A DNA stretch of 64,000 nt from an uncultured Erysipelotrichaceae bacterium. GTDB taxonomy: Bacteria; Bacillota_I; Bacilli_A; RFN20; CAG-826. The stretch lies in NCBI GenBank assembly GCA_902800355.1, contig CADCEE010000005.1, positions 12,465 through 76,464 of the forward strand, written 5' to 3'. Both the position numbers and the translations under genes were made by a program. The notes under the pieces were generated by a model. That model was not told the DNA's origin, made no database searches, and saw only the letters and a list, made by a program, of their open reading frames with translations. The first letter of the stretch is position 1; each line of letters starts with the position of its first letter. Shown piece by piece: positions 24,973-35,875 of the stretch.

Positions 24973-26559
24973 ATGAAAAGAAACATTTTATTTGCTATAT
25001 TTCCTGCAATTGTTTGTTTAGCAGGTTGTTCTCAAGATTCTCCAAAAGATTATTTTAAATCTTGGAATAAAGATGATAAGGCGACTGGCTCTTTAAATGT
25101 TTTGATTAACTATGTTAAAGATGTTACTAATCCAAATTCTCAGAATTTTATTCCTGTAGAGGATAGAATTGCGACATTTGATATGGATGGCACTTTTATT
25201 GGAGAGTTATATCCAACATATTTTGAATATAATTTGTTAGAATATCGCGCTTTAGAAGATCCTAACTTTAAAGACATTTGTCCTATTGAAGTTAAAGAAG
25301 TGGCTCAAGAAATTAGGGACTTTGTTAGAAAAGGCACCAAAATACCAGATCGTTTTGATATTAGACATGCGCACGCTGCCGCTAAAGCCTATGCAGGAAT
25401 GAGTGTTGCGGAATTTGATAGGTACGTCAAAGAATACGCTAAAAATACTCCAAATGGATTTACCGGCATGACTTATGCTACTAGTTTTTATAAACCAATG
25501 TTAGAAATATTTGATTATCTAAAAGATAATAAATTTACTTATTATGTGGTATCAGGATCTGATCGATATATTTGCCGCGCTTTAGTGGAATCAATTGGTA
25601 TTCCTTCTAATAGAGTTATCGGCATGGATGTCGTTACTAAGGCCAGCGGACAAGGATACGAAGATGGTGTTGAATACACAATGAAATCTGATGAATACCT
25701 TATTCGAACTGATGAATTGATTATTAAAAATTTAAAAACTAACAAGGCTAAACAAATCTCTCAAGAAATTGGTAAAATTCCTGTTCTTTCCTTTGGAAAT
25801 AGTAGTGGTGATGAAGCGATGCATAACTACTGTAAGAGTAATCCAAAATATAAAACTGAAGTCTTTATGGTTGTTGCAGATAATGATAAACAAGACCATA
25901 TCGACCCAGAAGAAACCGCGAAAAGAATCGCCAAATGGGAAGCTAACAACTATAACATTTTTTCAATGAATGACGACTTTAAAACAATTTATGGAGAAAA
26001 TGTCCAAAAGGTTGATTTCTCTTGGTCTGCTACCACTGTAAATGAGTTAGCGGACTATGATGCTTTCATTAGCGAAGCCAGTAAAGCACCAAGTAAAACC
26101 TATACCAAAGCTATTTTAGATATTTATAACGATACTGATGAGCACTTTACCTCTAAACCAACGGAAAGTATTCATGAACATCACCAATATCAGGCAACTT
26201 ATAATTCTGAGACTGGTTTATGGTCTATTAGCGATGATCCTCTTATTGATGCTTATTCAATCTATTTAAATAACAAAGCCAAAGATTTAACTCAAGATCA
26301 CGTTATTTATAACGAACAAATGTTCCAAAGTAGAGACATTCATTACTATACCACTGCACATGGATATCGTTACCGCTATAAGGCTAGCGGAACATCAACC
26401 GCACCTATAGAATCTACTAACGCCGCAATGGGTGTTGATTTATTCAACCAATATGGTTATTACATTTATCACGAATATAATCTTTCAATGGTTTTTGAAG
26501 GTGGAAATAACGCTATTGCTAGTAGTGAAACTATCTTCATTTCCTATATCGTCGAATAG
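24973..26559 (+). CDS. HAD-superfamily phosphatase lipoprotein
   Basis: Signal peptide with lipobox LAGC; HAD motif I FDMDGTF; 528 aa. Confidence 0.55.
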   Translation: MKRNILFAIFPAIVCLAGCSQDSPKDYFKSWNKDDKATGSLNVLINYVKDVTNPNSQNFIPVEDRIATFDMDGTFIGELYPTYFEYNLLEYRALEDPNFKDICPIEVKEVAQEIRDFVRKGTKIPDRFDIRHAHAAAKAYAGMSVAEFDRYVKEYAKNTPNGFTGMTYATSFYKPMLEIFDYLKDNKFTYYVVSGSDRYICRALVESIGIPSNRVIGMDVVTKASGQGYEDGVEYTMKSDEYLIRTDELIIKNLKTNKAKQISQEIGKIPVLSFGNSSGDEAMHNYCKSNPKYKTEVFMVVADNDKQDHIDPEETAKRIAKWEANNYNIFSMNDDFKTIYGENVQKVDFSWSATTVNELADYDAFISEASKAPSKTYTKAILDIYNDTDEHFTSKPTESIHEHHQYQATYNSETGLWSISDDPLIDAYSIYLNNKAKDLTQDHVIYNEQMFQSRDIHYYTTAHGYRYRYKASGTSTAPIESTNAAMGVDLFNQYGYYIYHEYNLSMVFEGGNNAIASSETIFISYIVE

Positions 26560-26575
26560 TCATTATTTATTAATA

Positions 26576-26610
26576 AATAAAAACACGTAATAATAACCTA
26601 CGTGTTTTTT
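26576..26610. terminator. Bidirectional terminator
   Basis: A-run, AACACGTA-...-TACGTGTT stem, T-run. Confidence 0.55.
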
Positions 26611-26620
26611 ATATCTTTTT

Positions 26621-26710
26621 TGGCGGAGGAAGAGGGATTTGAACCCTCGCTCCTGTTACAGACTACGAGCTTTCCAAGCCCGCCCCTTCAGCCTCTTGGG
26701 TATTCCTCCG
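26621..26710 (-). tRNA. tRNA-Ser (anticodon GGA)
   Basis: Reverse complement reads GGAGGAATACCCAAGAGGCTGAAGGGGCGGGCTTGGAAAGCTCG...GGGTTCAAATCCCTCTTCCTCCGCCA; long variable arm. Confidence 0.8.
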
Positions 26711-26800
26711 TGTTTTGGCTGCGATATGTATTATAACTAAACAATTCTTAACTGTAAACTTTATTTATATAAAATATATAAGTAAAATAGAGTTGAGATT

Positions 26801-27763
26801 ATGATTTCTTTTATTATCAAAAAAGAAGAAGAGGGACAAACCCTTGAGAAATTTGTGAAAAAGGTATTAAGTGAAGCACCTTTATCTTTTATCTATAAAT
26901 TATTCCGTAAAAAAGATGTCAAGGTTAACGGGCACTGGCAAGACAAGAAATATACTATTTCTAGTGGAGAAGAAATATCTATTTATATTACTGATTCTCA
27001 ACTAGAAGAATTTAAAAGACAAGTTGAATCAAAACAAGTTGAAGATATTTCGAACTGGATTATTTATGAAGATGAAAATGTTTTATTAATCAATAAGCCT
27101 CGTGGAGTGTTGGTGCAAAAGAATTCCGAGGACTCTAACGCTTTAGATGAAATGGTGATTTCTTATTTGATAAATAAAGGTGAATACGATCCTAATAAGA
27201 ATCTAGGATATAAACCCGCTCCTGCACATAGACTTGATAGAAATACTGCAGGAATTGTGGTCTTTGGTAAAAATATTGCGACTTTAAGATATCTAGCTGA
27301 TGCACTTAATGATAAAAGTGTCATTTCTAAACGTTATTTAGCCCTTGTAAAAGGCGAAATAGATAAAGATGGGGAGATTAATGCCCCTTTATTAAAAAAC
27401 AGCAAATCGCAACGTGTTTCTGTATCTAAAGAAGGTAAACCTTCTACTACTAGATATAAAGTTATAGAAACTTTTAAAGGCAATACACTTTTAGAAGTCG
27501 AGTTATTAACAGGAAGAACTCATCAAATTAGAGTCCATATGGCGTATATTAATCACCCGGTAATTGGAGACTCAAAATACGGTGATTATGAGCTTAACAA
27601 AGAGATTGAATCTAAGTATGGATTTAAGAATCAATTTCTAGAAGCGTATCAATTAGATTTCCATAAATTAGATAATCCGTTAAAATATTTATCAGGAAGA
27701 TCTTTTAAGATTTCATTAAATGATGAATTCTTAAATTTAATAAATAATATCAAAGGAGAATAA
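26801..27763 (+). CDS. RluA-family 23S rRNA pseudouridine synthase (RluC/RluD-like, with S4 domain)
   Basis: HRLDRNTAGIVVFGKN catalytic motif; N-terminal S4-like region; 320 aa. Confidence 0.7.
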   Translation: MISFIIKKEEEGQTLEKFVKKVLSEAPLSFIYKLFRKKDVKVNGHWQDKKYTISSGEEISIYITDSQLEEFKRQVESKQVEDISNWIIYEDENVLLINKPRGVLVQKNSEDSNALDEMVISYLINKGEYDPNKNLGYKPAPAHRLDRNTAGIVVFGKNIATLRYLADALNDKSVISKRYLALVKGEIDKDGEINAPLLKNSKSQRVSVSKEGKPSTTRYKVIETFKGNTLLEVELLTGRTHQIRVHMAYINHPVIGDSKYGDYELNKEIESKYGFKNQFLEAYQLDFHKLDNPLKYLSGRSFKISLNDEFLNLINNIKGE

Positions 27764-27764
27764 T

Positions 27765-29465
27765 ATGGCTACTAGTGAAAATTATAAGCGTTGGTTAGAA
27801 TCACCAAAAGTTAGTGAGAAAGACAAAGCCGCTTTAAAAGCGATGTCTCAAGTAGAAATTGATGATGCATTTTTTAAAGACGTTGAATTTGGCACGGCTG
27901 GTATGAGAGGTATTTTAGGTCCGGGCACTAATAGATTAAATGAATTTACTGTGAAAAAAGCAACAGTGGGATTTGCTAAATATTTATTAGAAAAATATAC
28001 TGACGCCAAAACCTCAGGTGTAGTGATTTCTCATGATAATAGACATATGTCTAGAGAATTTACTTTATTAACCGCTAAAATACTTTCTGAATTTGGTATA
28101 AAAGCATATATCTTTGATTCTCTTAGACCTACTCCAGAATTATCTTTTGCTGTGAGATATATGAAGGCTATAGGCGGAGTAATGATTACTGCTAGCCATA
28201 ACCCAAAAGAACATAACGGCTATAAGGTTTATGATGAAACTGGGTGTCAACTCGTTCCTGATAAGATTGCTCGACTAGTAGAAATTATTGGTGAACTACC
28301 TAATGAACTTGAAGTGGAATATACCCCAGTAGATAAACCTGCTGAAATTATCACCCTTTCTAAAGAAGTTGATGATGAATATGTGAGACTAGTAGAATCC
28401 ATTGTTTTAAACAATGATTTAAATAAAAAAGGATTTAAGATAGTCTTTACTCCTAATCACGGCACCTCTTATGTTAATGCGATGAGAGTGTATAAAGATT
28501 TAGGATATGAAGTTTATCCAGTTTTATCTCAGTGTGATCCAGATCCAGACTTCTCTGGTACATTATCTCCTAACCCAGAAGATCCAAGAAGTTATATTGA
28601 ATCAATTAAACTCGCAAAAGAAATAGAGGCTCAACTTGTAGTGATGACTGACCCTGATGGAGATAGATGTGGCTTAGCATATTTATCAAGTAAAGGTGAA
28701 TATAAAACCTTAACCGGCAATCAAAGTGCCGCGATGTTAATGGATTATATTTTCCATGTTAGACAAGAACGTGGTTTATTACATAAAGACGGAGTGATGT
28801 ATAACACAGTGGTTACTTCTTCTTTGGGAGAAGAAGTTGCCTCCTACTATGGAGTAAAAACCGAACAATTCTTAACTGGATTTAAATTTATTGGAAACCG
28901 TATTGATTACTATGAAAAACATGGTGGTGGCCACTATTTTGAATTTGGTTATGAAGAAAGTTATGGTTGCTTAATCGCTCCATTTGCTAGAGATAAAGAC
29001 GGCTTACAAGCCATCACTATGTATAGTGAAATGGCCTTATATTACCATTTGCAAGGCAAGACCTTAGATATGGTGTGGGAAGATCTTGGCAAGCGCTTTG
29101 GCTATCATGAAGATCAAGTCTACTCGATTGCTTTTGCTGGATCTGCAGGTGACCAACAAATGAAATCTTTAATGACTAACTTAAGAACTAATCCATTTAT
29201 TGAATTAGACGGTAATAAAGTTGTCAAGGTTGATGACTATCAATTATCTTTAAGCAAGGCTGATAATATTTGTAAGAAAATTGATTTACCTAAGAGTAAC
29301 GTTATTAAACTTTATTTTGAAGATGGCACCACAATTGCGGTCCGTCCATCTGGAACAGAAGCAAAAGTCAAATTTTATATTGGCGTTAAGGCTGGTTCTT
29401 TAAAAGAAGCAGAAGCTAAACCAAAATTACTTTACGAGAAATTTAAGGCTCTATTAGGTATTTAA
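27765..29465 (+). CDS. Phosphoglucomutase / phosphomannomutase family
   Basis: Active-site TASHNP, DPDGDRCG metal-binding loop; 566 aa. Confidence 0.75.
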   Translation: MATSENYKRWLESPKVSEKDKAALKAMSQVEIDDAFFKDVEFGTAGMRGILGPGTNRLNEFTVKKATVGFAKYLLEKYTDAKTSGVVISHDNRHMSREFTLLTAKILSEFGIKAYIFDSLRPTPELSFAVRYMKAIGGVMITASHNPKEHNGYKVYDETGCQLVPDKIARLVEIIGELPNELEVEYTPVDKPAEIITLSKEVDDEYVRLVESIVLNNDLNKKGFKIVFTPNHGTSYVNAMRVYKDLGYEVYPVLSQCDPDPDFSGTLSPNPEDPRSYIESIKLAKEIEAQLVVMTDPDGDRCGLAYLSSKGEYKTLTGNQSAAMLMDYIFHVRQERGLLHKDGVMYNTVVTSSLGEEVASYYGVKTEQFLTGFKFIGNRIDYYEKHGGGHYFEFGYEESYGCLIAPFARDKDGLQAITMYSEMALYYHLQGKTLDMVWEDLGKRFGYHEDQVYSIAFAGSAGDQQMKSLMTNLRTNPFIELDGNKVVKVDDYQLSLSKADNICKKIDLPKSNVIKLYFEDGTTIAVRPSGTEAKVKFYIGVKAGSLKEAEAKPKLLYEKFKALLGI

Positions 29466-29466
29466 T

Positions 29467-30474
29467 ATGTCTAAAATTGGAATATTAGGTTCTGGTACTT
29501 GGGGTACCGCTTTAGCTAATATGTTCGCTCTTCATGAGCATGAAGTGACTTTATATTCTTCTTTTAAAGAAGAAACTGAGTCATTAGTTAAAACACATAG
29601 ACATCCTCATTTAGATTGCGAATTAACTGATAAAATTGAATTCACTAATGATGTCGATAAAGCTTGTTTAAATAAAGATATCATTATCTTTGCTTCACCT
29701 TCTCCTTATATCAGAGCAAGTGTTACAAAGGCTAAACCATATGTAAATAAAAAACAAATTTTAGTGTGTGTTGCTAAAGGTATTGAACCAGACACTCATT
29801 ATTTTATGAGCGAAATTATGGAAGATGTTCTTGGTAAAGGCTATAAAATTGTAGCCTTAAGTGGACCTACTCACGCTGAAGAAGTGGCGATATGTCAACC
29901 AACCTGCATTGTTTCTGCTTCTAAAAATAAAGAAGCAAGAAGAATCATTCAAAAAGAATTCTCTAACGATATTCTTAGAGTTTATACCAATAAAGACATT
30001 AGAGGCGTAGAGCTCTGTGGCGCGCTTAAGAATATTGTCGCTTTAGCGGCTGGCATGTCAGAAGGCTTAGGTTATGGAGATAACGCGAAAGCCGCAATTA
30101 TTACTAGAGGTTTAGCGGAAATCACTAGACTTGGTAAAAAGATGCACTGTAAAACAAAAACATTCTATGGCTTAGCTGGTATTGGCGATATTGTTGTTAC
30201 TGCAACTAGTTTACATTCTCGTAATCATAACGCAGGTGTTTTACTTGGCAAAGGTTATTCCTTAGAAGATACACTTAAGGAAATAGGAATGGTGGTGGAA
30301 GGAGTTAACGCTCTTATTGCTGCTAAACAACTTCAAAAGAAATATAATGTAGAACTCCCGATTATAGAAGCTGCTTATAATATTATTCAAGGTAAACTAG
30401 AAGTTGGAGATGTTCTTCCGGTTTTATTTGGGAGAAGACCTCAAAGCGAAACTAGATACAAAAAGGCAAAATAA
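29467..30474 (+). CDS. gpsA: NAD(P)H-dependent glycerol-3-phosphate dehydrogenase
   Basis: GSGTWGTALA Rossmann motif; 335 aa; start overlaps upstream stop. Confidence 0.75.
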   Translation: MSKIGILGSGTWGTALANMFALHEHEVTLYSSFKEETESLVKTHRHPHLDCELTDKIEFTNDVDKACLNKDIIIFASPSPYIRASVTKAKPYVNKKQILVCVAKGIEPDTHYFMSEIMEDVLGKGYKIVALSGPTHAEEVAICQPTCIVSASKNKEARRIIQKEFSNDILRVYTNKDIRGVELCGALKNIVALAAGMSEGLGYGDNAKAAIITRGLAEITRLGKKMHCKTKTFYGLAGIGDIVVTATSLHSRNHNAGVLLGKGYSLEDTLKEIGMVVEGVNALIAAKQLQKKYNVELPIIEAAYNIIQGKLEVGDVLPVLFGRRPQSETRYKKAK

Positions 30475-30495
30475 AAAGGACATTGTCCTTTTTTC
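30472..30495. terminator. Bidirectional terminator between gpsA and trpS
   Basis: AGGAC-ATT-GTCCT then T5. Confidence 0.55.
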
Positions 30496-31482
30496 TTATA
30501 AGCTTAATAACCCAACCGCTTTTTTCACTCTATTAAGAGTTTTATTAGCGACTTCATTAGCCTTTTTAGCGCCTTCAATTAAGACTTTTTCATAGGCTTT
30601 TGATTCTAAGATTTGTCTATATTTCTTTTGGAATTCTTCTAACTCTGCTATAACAACATCAGCGACTGCTTTTTTAAAATCTCCATATCGATAACCAACA
30701 AATTCTTTTTCGGCTTCTTCGATACTAATGTCTTTTAAAGAAGCATAAATTGTTAATAAATTAGAAATCCCTGGTTTATTTTCGACATCGTATTTGACTT
30801 CGCTGCCAGAATCAGTAACTGCTGACATAATTTTCTTTCTAACGACCGCTAAATCATCTTTTAGGAAGATATCACCTTTTGGATCGCTTTTAGACATCTT
30901 TTTAGTTGGATCACTTAAAGACATAATTCTTGCTCCAACCTTACGCATTTCAGGTTTTGGCATGGTTAAGATATCTCCGTAGCGGTTATTAAATCTATTA
31001 ACTAAATCTCTAGTTAGTTCGACGTGTTGTTTTTGGTCTTCTCCTACTGGAACAATAGAAGCATCATATAAAATGATGTCACTAGCCATTAATACCGGAT
31101 AAGCAAATAAGCCTAATCCGATAGCGGATTCTTTCATCTTAGATGATTTATCTTTGAACTGAGTCATACGACTTAATTCACCCATATATAAATAATTTTG
31201 CATAATAGCGTTCATTTCAGCGTGAGCGGAAACAGAACTTTGAAGGAATAAGGTGACTTTAGAAGTATCTAACCCTGCTGCCATATAAAAGCAAGCGAGG
31301 TCGATAGAGTTTTGTCTTAGTACTTCTGGATCGATTGGTAAAGTTAAAGCATGTAAGTCAGCGATGAAATAAAAACACTCGCCTCTATTAACTTCTTTTG
31401 GTAAATGTTTGAGTACACCAATATAATTTCCTAATGTTAATTGTCCAGTTGGTTTAATACCGGTTAAGATTCTTTCTGCCAT
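30496..31482 (-). CDS. trpS: Tryptophan--tRNA ligase
   Basis: Class I signatures TGIKPTGQLTLGNY (HIGH region) and KMSKSD (KMSKS). Confidence 0.85.
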   Translation of the reverse strand: MAERILTGIKPTGQLTLGNYIGVLKHLPKEVNRGECFYFIADLHALTLPIDPEVLRQNSIDLACFYMAAGLDTSKVTLFLQSSVSAHAEMNAIMQNYLYMGELSRMTQFKDKSSKMKESAIGLGLFAYPVLMASDIILYDASIVPVGEDQKQHVELTRDLVNRFNNRYGDILTMPKPEMRKVGARIMSLSDPTKKMSKSDPKGDIFLKDDLAVVRKKIMSAVTDSGSEVKYDVENKPGISNLLTIYASLKDISIEEAEKEFVGYRYGDFKKAVADVVIAELEEFQKKYRQILESKAYEKVLIEGAKKANEVANKTLNRVKKAVGLLSL

Positions 31483-31580
31483 AACTTTTCCTTCTTTAGC
31501 AAATAGTGTATGTCAAATAAGTGAATTTTTCCATATTAAAATAAGGAAAGAGTGTTGTATTATATATCTCGGAAAAACTT

Positions 31581-32006
31581 ATGATTAAAATTTATACCTC
31601 TCCAAGTTGTAGTTCATGTCGTAAAGCTAAAGACTTCTTTAAAAAGGAAGAGATTCCTTATCAAGAAAAAAATATTTTTGTCGCAACTTTAAATGATGAT
31701 GAACTCAAGGATATGCTGACTAAAAGTGAAAACGGTACGGAAGACATCATTTCCACAAGAAGCAAAATTATTAAAGAAAAAAATGTCGACTTAGAGAGCA
31801 TGACAATCAAAGAGTTAATTGCTTTTATTAGAGAAAATCCATCGGTGTTAAAACGACCTATAATGGTGGATGATAGGAAAATACAAGTAGGTTATAACCC
31901 TGAAGAGATTAGAGTCTTCATTCCTCATGAAAAAAGAATCGAGCAGTGGTCTTGTAAGAAAAGTGAGTGTCCTACTTATAATAACTGCGACTCAAAAATT
32001 AATTAA
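31581..32006 (+). CDS. spx: Spx/ArsC-family global regulator with C-terminal Cys-rich extension
   Basis: IKIYTSPSCSSCRKAKDFF (CxxC redox switch), IISTRSK, QVGYNPEEIRVFIP all align with Spx; extra tail WSCKKSECPTYNNC. Confidence 0.75.
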   Translation: MIKIYTSPSCSSCRKAKDFFKKEEIPYQEKNIFVATLNDDELKDMLTKSENGTEDIISTRSKIIKEKNVDLESMTIKELIAFIRENPSVLKRPIMVDDRKIQVGYNPEEIRVFIPHEKRIEQWSCKKSECPTYNNCDSKIN

Positions 32007-32596
32007 AGATTATATATTGCGCGTCTAGCCTTGTTTATATAATCTTTTTTTATGCTTAGCCCATATGGCTTAATTATTTCATTTAACTGCGATTTTGCTA
32101 GTGATTCTGAGCTAGATTCAACTTCTAAGTTATAATCCACTTTATCTCTAAAATAATTTTTATCGATCACTAATAAGCAGTCTTTTAATCTAACTTCTAG
32201 TCTCTCTGTTTTTAGATTTGTGATGTATTTTATGGATTTTGGATTAATACCGTATTCTATTAATTTAGCGGTAATAGGTTTATACGATAATTCGAACTTT
32301 TTAAGTAAATTATCTTTTTCGTTGTCGGTTAAACTATGATTAATTTCAATTGCCCCATTTTGCTCTTGAATTTTTAATGTTAATTCGTATTTCTGATCGT
32401 TGATTTTTCTGATTCTTAACACTTTATGTGAATTAGTTAATTTCAAATCTTCTGTATCAAAATAATAGTTTTCGTTAACAATTTCTTCTTTTAGATAATT
32501 GGAATTTAAGTAATGCTTACGAATATTTAAATATTGCTCTTCATTAATCATGACGCGAGCTTCATATTCCATAGTGATATTGTCATTAACGTTCAT
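32003..32596 (-). CDS. CYTH-domain (triphosphate tunnel metalloenzyme) protein, YjbK-like
   Basis: N-terminal ExExK-type acidic motif (MEYEARV), 197 aa, adjacent to nadK as in the B. subtilis yjbK-ppnK neighbourhood. Confidence 0.5.
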   Translation of the reverse strand: MNVNDNITMEYEARVMINEEQYLNIRKHYLNSNYLKEEIVNENYYFDTEDLKLTNSHKVLRIRKINDQKYELTLKIQEQNGAIEINHSLTDNEKDNLLKKFELSYKPITAKLIEYGINPKSIKYITNLKTERLEVRLKDCLLVIDKNYFRDKVDYNLEVESSSESLAKSQLNEIIKPYGLSIKKDYINKARRAIYNL

Positions 32597-32613
32597 GGTT
32601 TAATTATGCTACA

Positions 32614-33417
32614 ATGATTAGCACAAGTAAAAATCAAATTATGAAAATTGCTTTATGTTATAAAAGTGAAAAGATTGCTGATGAGACTATCTCTAGTATT
32701 AAAGAGAAAATTTTATCGTATGGTTTTGAACTAGATGACTCTAAACCTGATGTTGTTTTATTTATCGGTGGAGATGGTACCTTTTTAAGGGCGGTACATC
32801 AATACTATAACGAACTTTCTAAGGTAAAGTTTGTGGGTTTATGTAAGGGACATCTAGGATTCTTTTATTCATATGATGAAAGTGAACTCGACGTTTTGTT
32901 CAGCGATTTAAAACGTGGCGTTTGTAAAAGTGAATCTCATCATTTGTTATCTGCTAAAGTTGATAACGAAGAGATTTATGCGATTAATGAGATTAGAATT
33001 GAATCTCCATTCCATACTTTAATTAGTGACGTTTATATTAATGGTGAATCATTAGAAACATTCAGAGGTAATGGATTAGTAGTGTCTACTTCCTTAGGAA
33101 GTACGGCCTATAATAAATCTTTAGGTGGGGCAGTTATTTATCCTCAAATACCTTCAATGGAATTATCAGAAATTGCTCCAATCAATAACACAATTTATCA
33201 CTCATTACATTCTTCTTTAATTGTTGATAAAAATAGTGAAATTGTTTTAAAAACCAAAACTGATAACATCTTGCTTGGTTATGATCACTTAAATAAAAAT
33301 CTTCACTTAGCGTCCTCTATTTCGCTTAGACTTTCAGATAAAGTGGTGATCCTTCTTAGAAATAAAGACTATTCATACACTAAATTATTAAAATCAAAAT
33401 TTGTAGGTGACAAATAA
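32614..33417 (+). CDS. nadK: NAD kinase
   Basis: GGDGT motif (FIGGDGTFLRA), NE/D motif region, 267 aa. Confidence 0.75.
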   Translation: MISTSKNQIMKIALCYKSEKIADETISSIKEKILSYGFELDDSKPDVVLFIGGDGTFLRAVHQYYNELSKVKFVGLCKGHLGFFYSYDESELDVLFSDLKRGVCKSESHHLLSAKVDNEEIYAINEIRIESPFHTLISDVYINGESLETFRGNGLVVSTSLGSTAYNKSLGGAVIYPQIPSMELSEIAPINNTIYHSLHSSLIVDKNSEIVLKTKTDNILLGYDHLNKNLHLASSISLRLSDKVVILLRNKDYSYTKLLKSKFVGDK

Positions 33418-33557
33418 TGTTTATACAATCAACTTTTAAAGATGATGTTAATGCTTTCTTAAAATCTGGAGCTTTCTGGATTGCTTTGGGAATTGCTATT
33501 TTGATTGTGATAACAATTACGGTTTTACTAATTAAAAATCGCAAAAAAAAGAAGTAA
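33417..33557 (+). CDS. Small single-TM protein (46 aa), start overlapping the nadK stop
   Basis: TAATG overlap; hydrophobic core AFWIALGIAILIVITITVLLI then KNRKKKK. Confidence 0.3.
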   Translation: MFIQSTFKDDVNAFLKSGAFWIALGIAILIVITITVLLIKNRKKKK

Positions 33558-33559
33558 TA

Positions 33560-34120
33560 TTACTTCTTTATTTCTTTAATTGCTTCTAATATTTCTTTAA
33601 CAGGGAATCCGATTACGTTATCGACACTACCGATAACTTTTTTAATGATTGGGAATTTCTTATTATCTTGAACACCATAGGCTCCAGCTTTATCCAGTGG
33701 AGATCCACTAGCGATATATTTATCAATTAGTTCATCACTTAATTCATTAAATATAACTTCACTAGTTACGTGAGATACTATCTCCTTATTTAAATATTTA
33801 ATTCTGAACCCCGTATGTACGTAGTGAGATTTATTGGATAATTCTTTTAATATTCTTTTCGCATCACTTTTATCAGCTGGTTTACCAATAATTTGATTAT
33901 TTAAAACCACAATTGTGTCGGCAGAAATAATTAAATCGTTAGGATAATGTATATCAACCGCTTCTCCTTTTCTTTTAGCGATATCTTCAACCGCTAATAT
34001 TGGAGAGAGTTTATACGAAGATTCTTCATCAATATCCTCAACAGCGACGATAAAATCTGATGAAATTAATTTCATCAATTCTTGTCTTCTTGGTGATTTT
34101 GAGGCTAAAACAAATCTCAT
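33560..34120 (-). CDS. maf: Maf-family nucleoside triphosphate pyrophosphatase
   Basis: LASKSPRRQELM N-terminal signature; 186 aa; start overlaps RNase J stop. Confidence 0.75.
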   Translation of the reverse strand: MRFVLASKSPRRQELMKLISSDFIVAVEDIDEESSYKLSPILAVEDIAKRKGEAVDIHYPNDLIISADTIVVLNNQIIGKPADKSDAKRILKELSNKSHYVHTGFRIKYLNKEIVSHVTSEVIFNELSDELIDKYIASGSPLDKAGAYGVQDNKKFPIIKKVIGSVDNVIGFPVKEILEAIKEIKK

Positions 34121-35802
34121 TAGTTTTTCGACATGATGATTGGAATAATCATTGGATAACGTTTGGTTCTTGTGTATACAAATTTGCTAGCGACATCTTT
34201 AACAATCATCTTTAATTCAGAGAAATTAGTTTTACTTCCTAATTTTTCTCTAACAGCAGAAGCCACTAAAGATTGACATTCTAATATTGCTTTTTCATTA
34301 TGCTTTTGAACAACGCCTCTATTATAAACAATTGGATTTTCTAATAGAGTGTTATTTCTACTATCTATCGCTAATGCGATAATTAGCATTCCGTCTTCGT
34401 GAAGTATTCTTCTATCTTCCATGACTGCTTCAGCAAGCCCATTAATATCTTTTCCGTCAATATAAGAAACACCGTGTTCAACTTGATAGCCTAATTTAAC
34501 TTTGTGTTTAGCAAGCACTAAAGTGTCTCCGTTATCTAAAACGAAACAGTTTTCTTGTGGGATGCCTAAAGTGTTAGCAAGTTCAGCGTGAAGTCTTAAC
34601 ATACGGTATTCTCCGTGCATAGGCATAAAGTATTTTGGACTAAATAATTTTAAGATTAATCTTAGTTCTTGTTTAGATGGGTGACCTGAGGAGTGAATAT
34701 CCGCTAAGATGGAGTTAGTGATACATTCTGCCCCACATCTTGTTAATAAGTTAACAATGTGAGCAATCATAATGCCATTTCCTGGAATAGCGCTACTAGA
34801 AAATACTACGGTATCTCCTGGCATCACGTGGATATCTTTATGGTCTCCACCAGCAATTCTACTTAAAGCAGCGTTTGGTTCTCCTTGGCTACCAGTACAA
34901 AGAATTAATAATTCTCCGGCTTTGTATTTTTTAATTTCGCTTGCTGGGATAATGCTACTATCTGGAATATGGATATAACCAAAGCTACGAGAGATATCGA
35001 CAGCCTTCTCCATGCTTTTACCAACAATAGTAATATAACGTTTATGTTTGACTGCGGATTCACAGATTTGTTGAATTCTAGAAATGTTACTTGAGAATGT
35101 GGAAACGATTATTCTACCCATTGCGTTATTAAATATTTCGTTAATGGAGTCATTAACGTTCTTCTCGCTTGGGGTATAGCCTTCTTGTTCGGCGTTAGTG
35201 GAGTCACTTAATAGTAAATCAACACCTTCTCTACCGAGTTCGGCAATTCTTTGTAGTTCGATATCTGGTCCAATTGGAGTTAAGTCAACTTTAAAGTCGC
35301 CAGTAGAGACGATTCTACCTTCTCTAGTATCGATTACGACTCCAAAGGAGTCAGGGATAGAGTGAGTCACTCTAAAGAAGGAAATATTGAAGTCTCCAAT
35401 TTTTACTTTAGTGTCGCTATTATATTCCACAATTTTGACACGATCAGACATACGATATTCTTCTAATCTACTTTTAATTAATGCACACGCAAGTTTAGGA
35501 GCGTAAATTACTGGGATATTAACATTTTGGATAAGAAAAGGAATGCCACCAATATGGTCTTCGTGGCCGTGCGTGATAATTAACGCTTTGATTTTATTTT
35601 TATTGTTTTTAAGGTGTGTGAAATCTGGAACGATATAGTCAATTCCTGGGAATTCTACTCCAGGGAATTTAACGCCACAGTCAATAATGACGATTTGCTC
35701 CTCATTTTCGAAGCAATACATGTTTTTGCCGACTTCTCCTAGCCCACCTAAAGCATAAATAGAAACCGGTAGAGAAATATTCTTATCCATTGGTGCCTCC
35801 AA
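34120..35802 (-). CDS. rnj: Ribonuclease J (metallo-beta-lactamase / beta-CASP)
   Basis: HGHEDHIGG motif, 560 aa, beta-CASP architecture. Confidence 0.8.
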   Translation of the reverse strand: MEAPMDKNISLPVSIYALGGLGEVGKNMYCFENEEQIVIIDCGVKFPGVEFPGIDYIVPDFTHLKNNKNKIKALIITHGHEDHIGGIPFLIQNVNIPVIYAPKLACALIKSRLEEYRMSDRVKIVEYNSDTKVKIGDFNISFFRVTHSIPDSFGVVIDTREGRIVSTGDFKVDLTPIGPDIELQRIAELGREGVDLLLSDSTNAEQEGYTPSEKNVNDSINEIFNNAMGRIIVSTFSSNISRIQQICESAVKHKRYITIVGKSMEKAVDISRSFGYIHIPDSSIIPASEIKKYKAGELLILCTGSQGEPNAALSRIAGGDHKDIHVMPGDTVVFSSSAIPGNGIMIAHIVNLLTRCGAECITNSILADIHSSGHPSKQELRLILKLFSPKYFMPMHGEYRMLRLHAELANTLGIPQENCFVLDNGDTLVLAKHKVKLGYQVEHGVSYIDGKDINGLAEAVMEDRRILHEDGMLIIALAIDSRNNTLLENPIVYNRGVVQKHNEKAILECQSLVASAVREKLGSKTNFSELKMIVKDVASKFVYTRTKRYPMIIPIIMSKN

Positions 35803-35875
35803 TACATTGCTTATGTAAAAATAGGTGCTTTTATTTTAGCACACTATTTATAAAATAAATCAATTTATTTTTAAA

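Noticed and set aside
30404-30595. 63-aa + strand ORF spanning the gpsA-trpS terminator
   Set aside because: It overlaps the 3' end of trpS antisense and the terminator hairpin, with no RBS and low-complexity sequence.
31483-31580. T-box leader upstream of trpS (and of proS at 43237-43247)
   Set aside because: Only ~98 nt separate trpS from the divergent spx start, and proS starts 11 nt after the upstream gene. That is too short for a T-box, and no AGGGTGGNACCGCG-type T-box motif is present.
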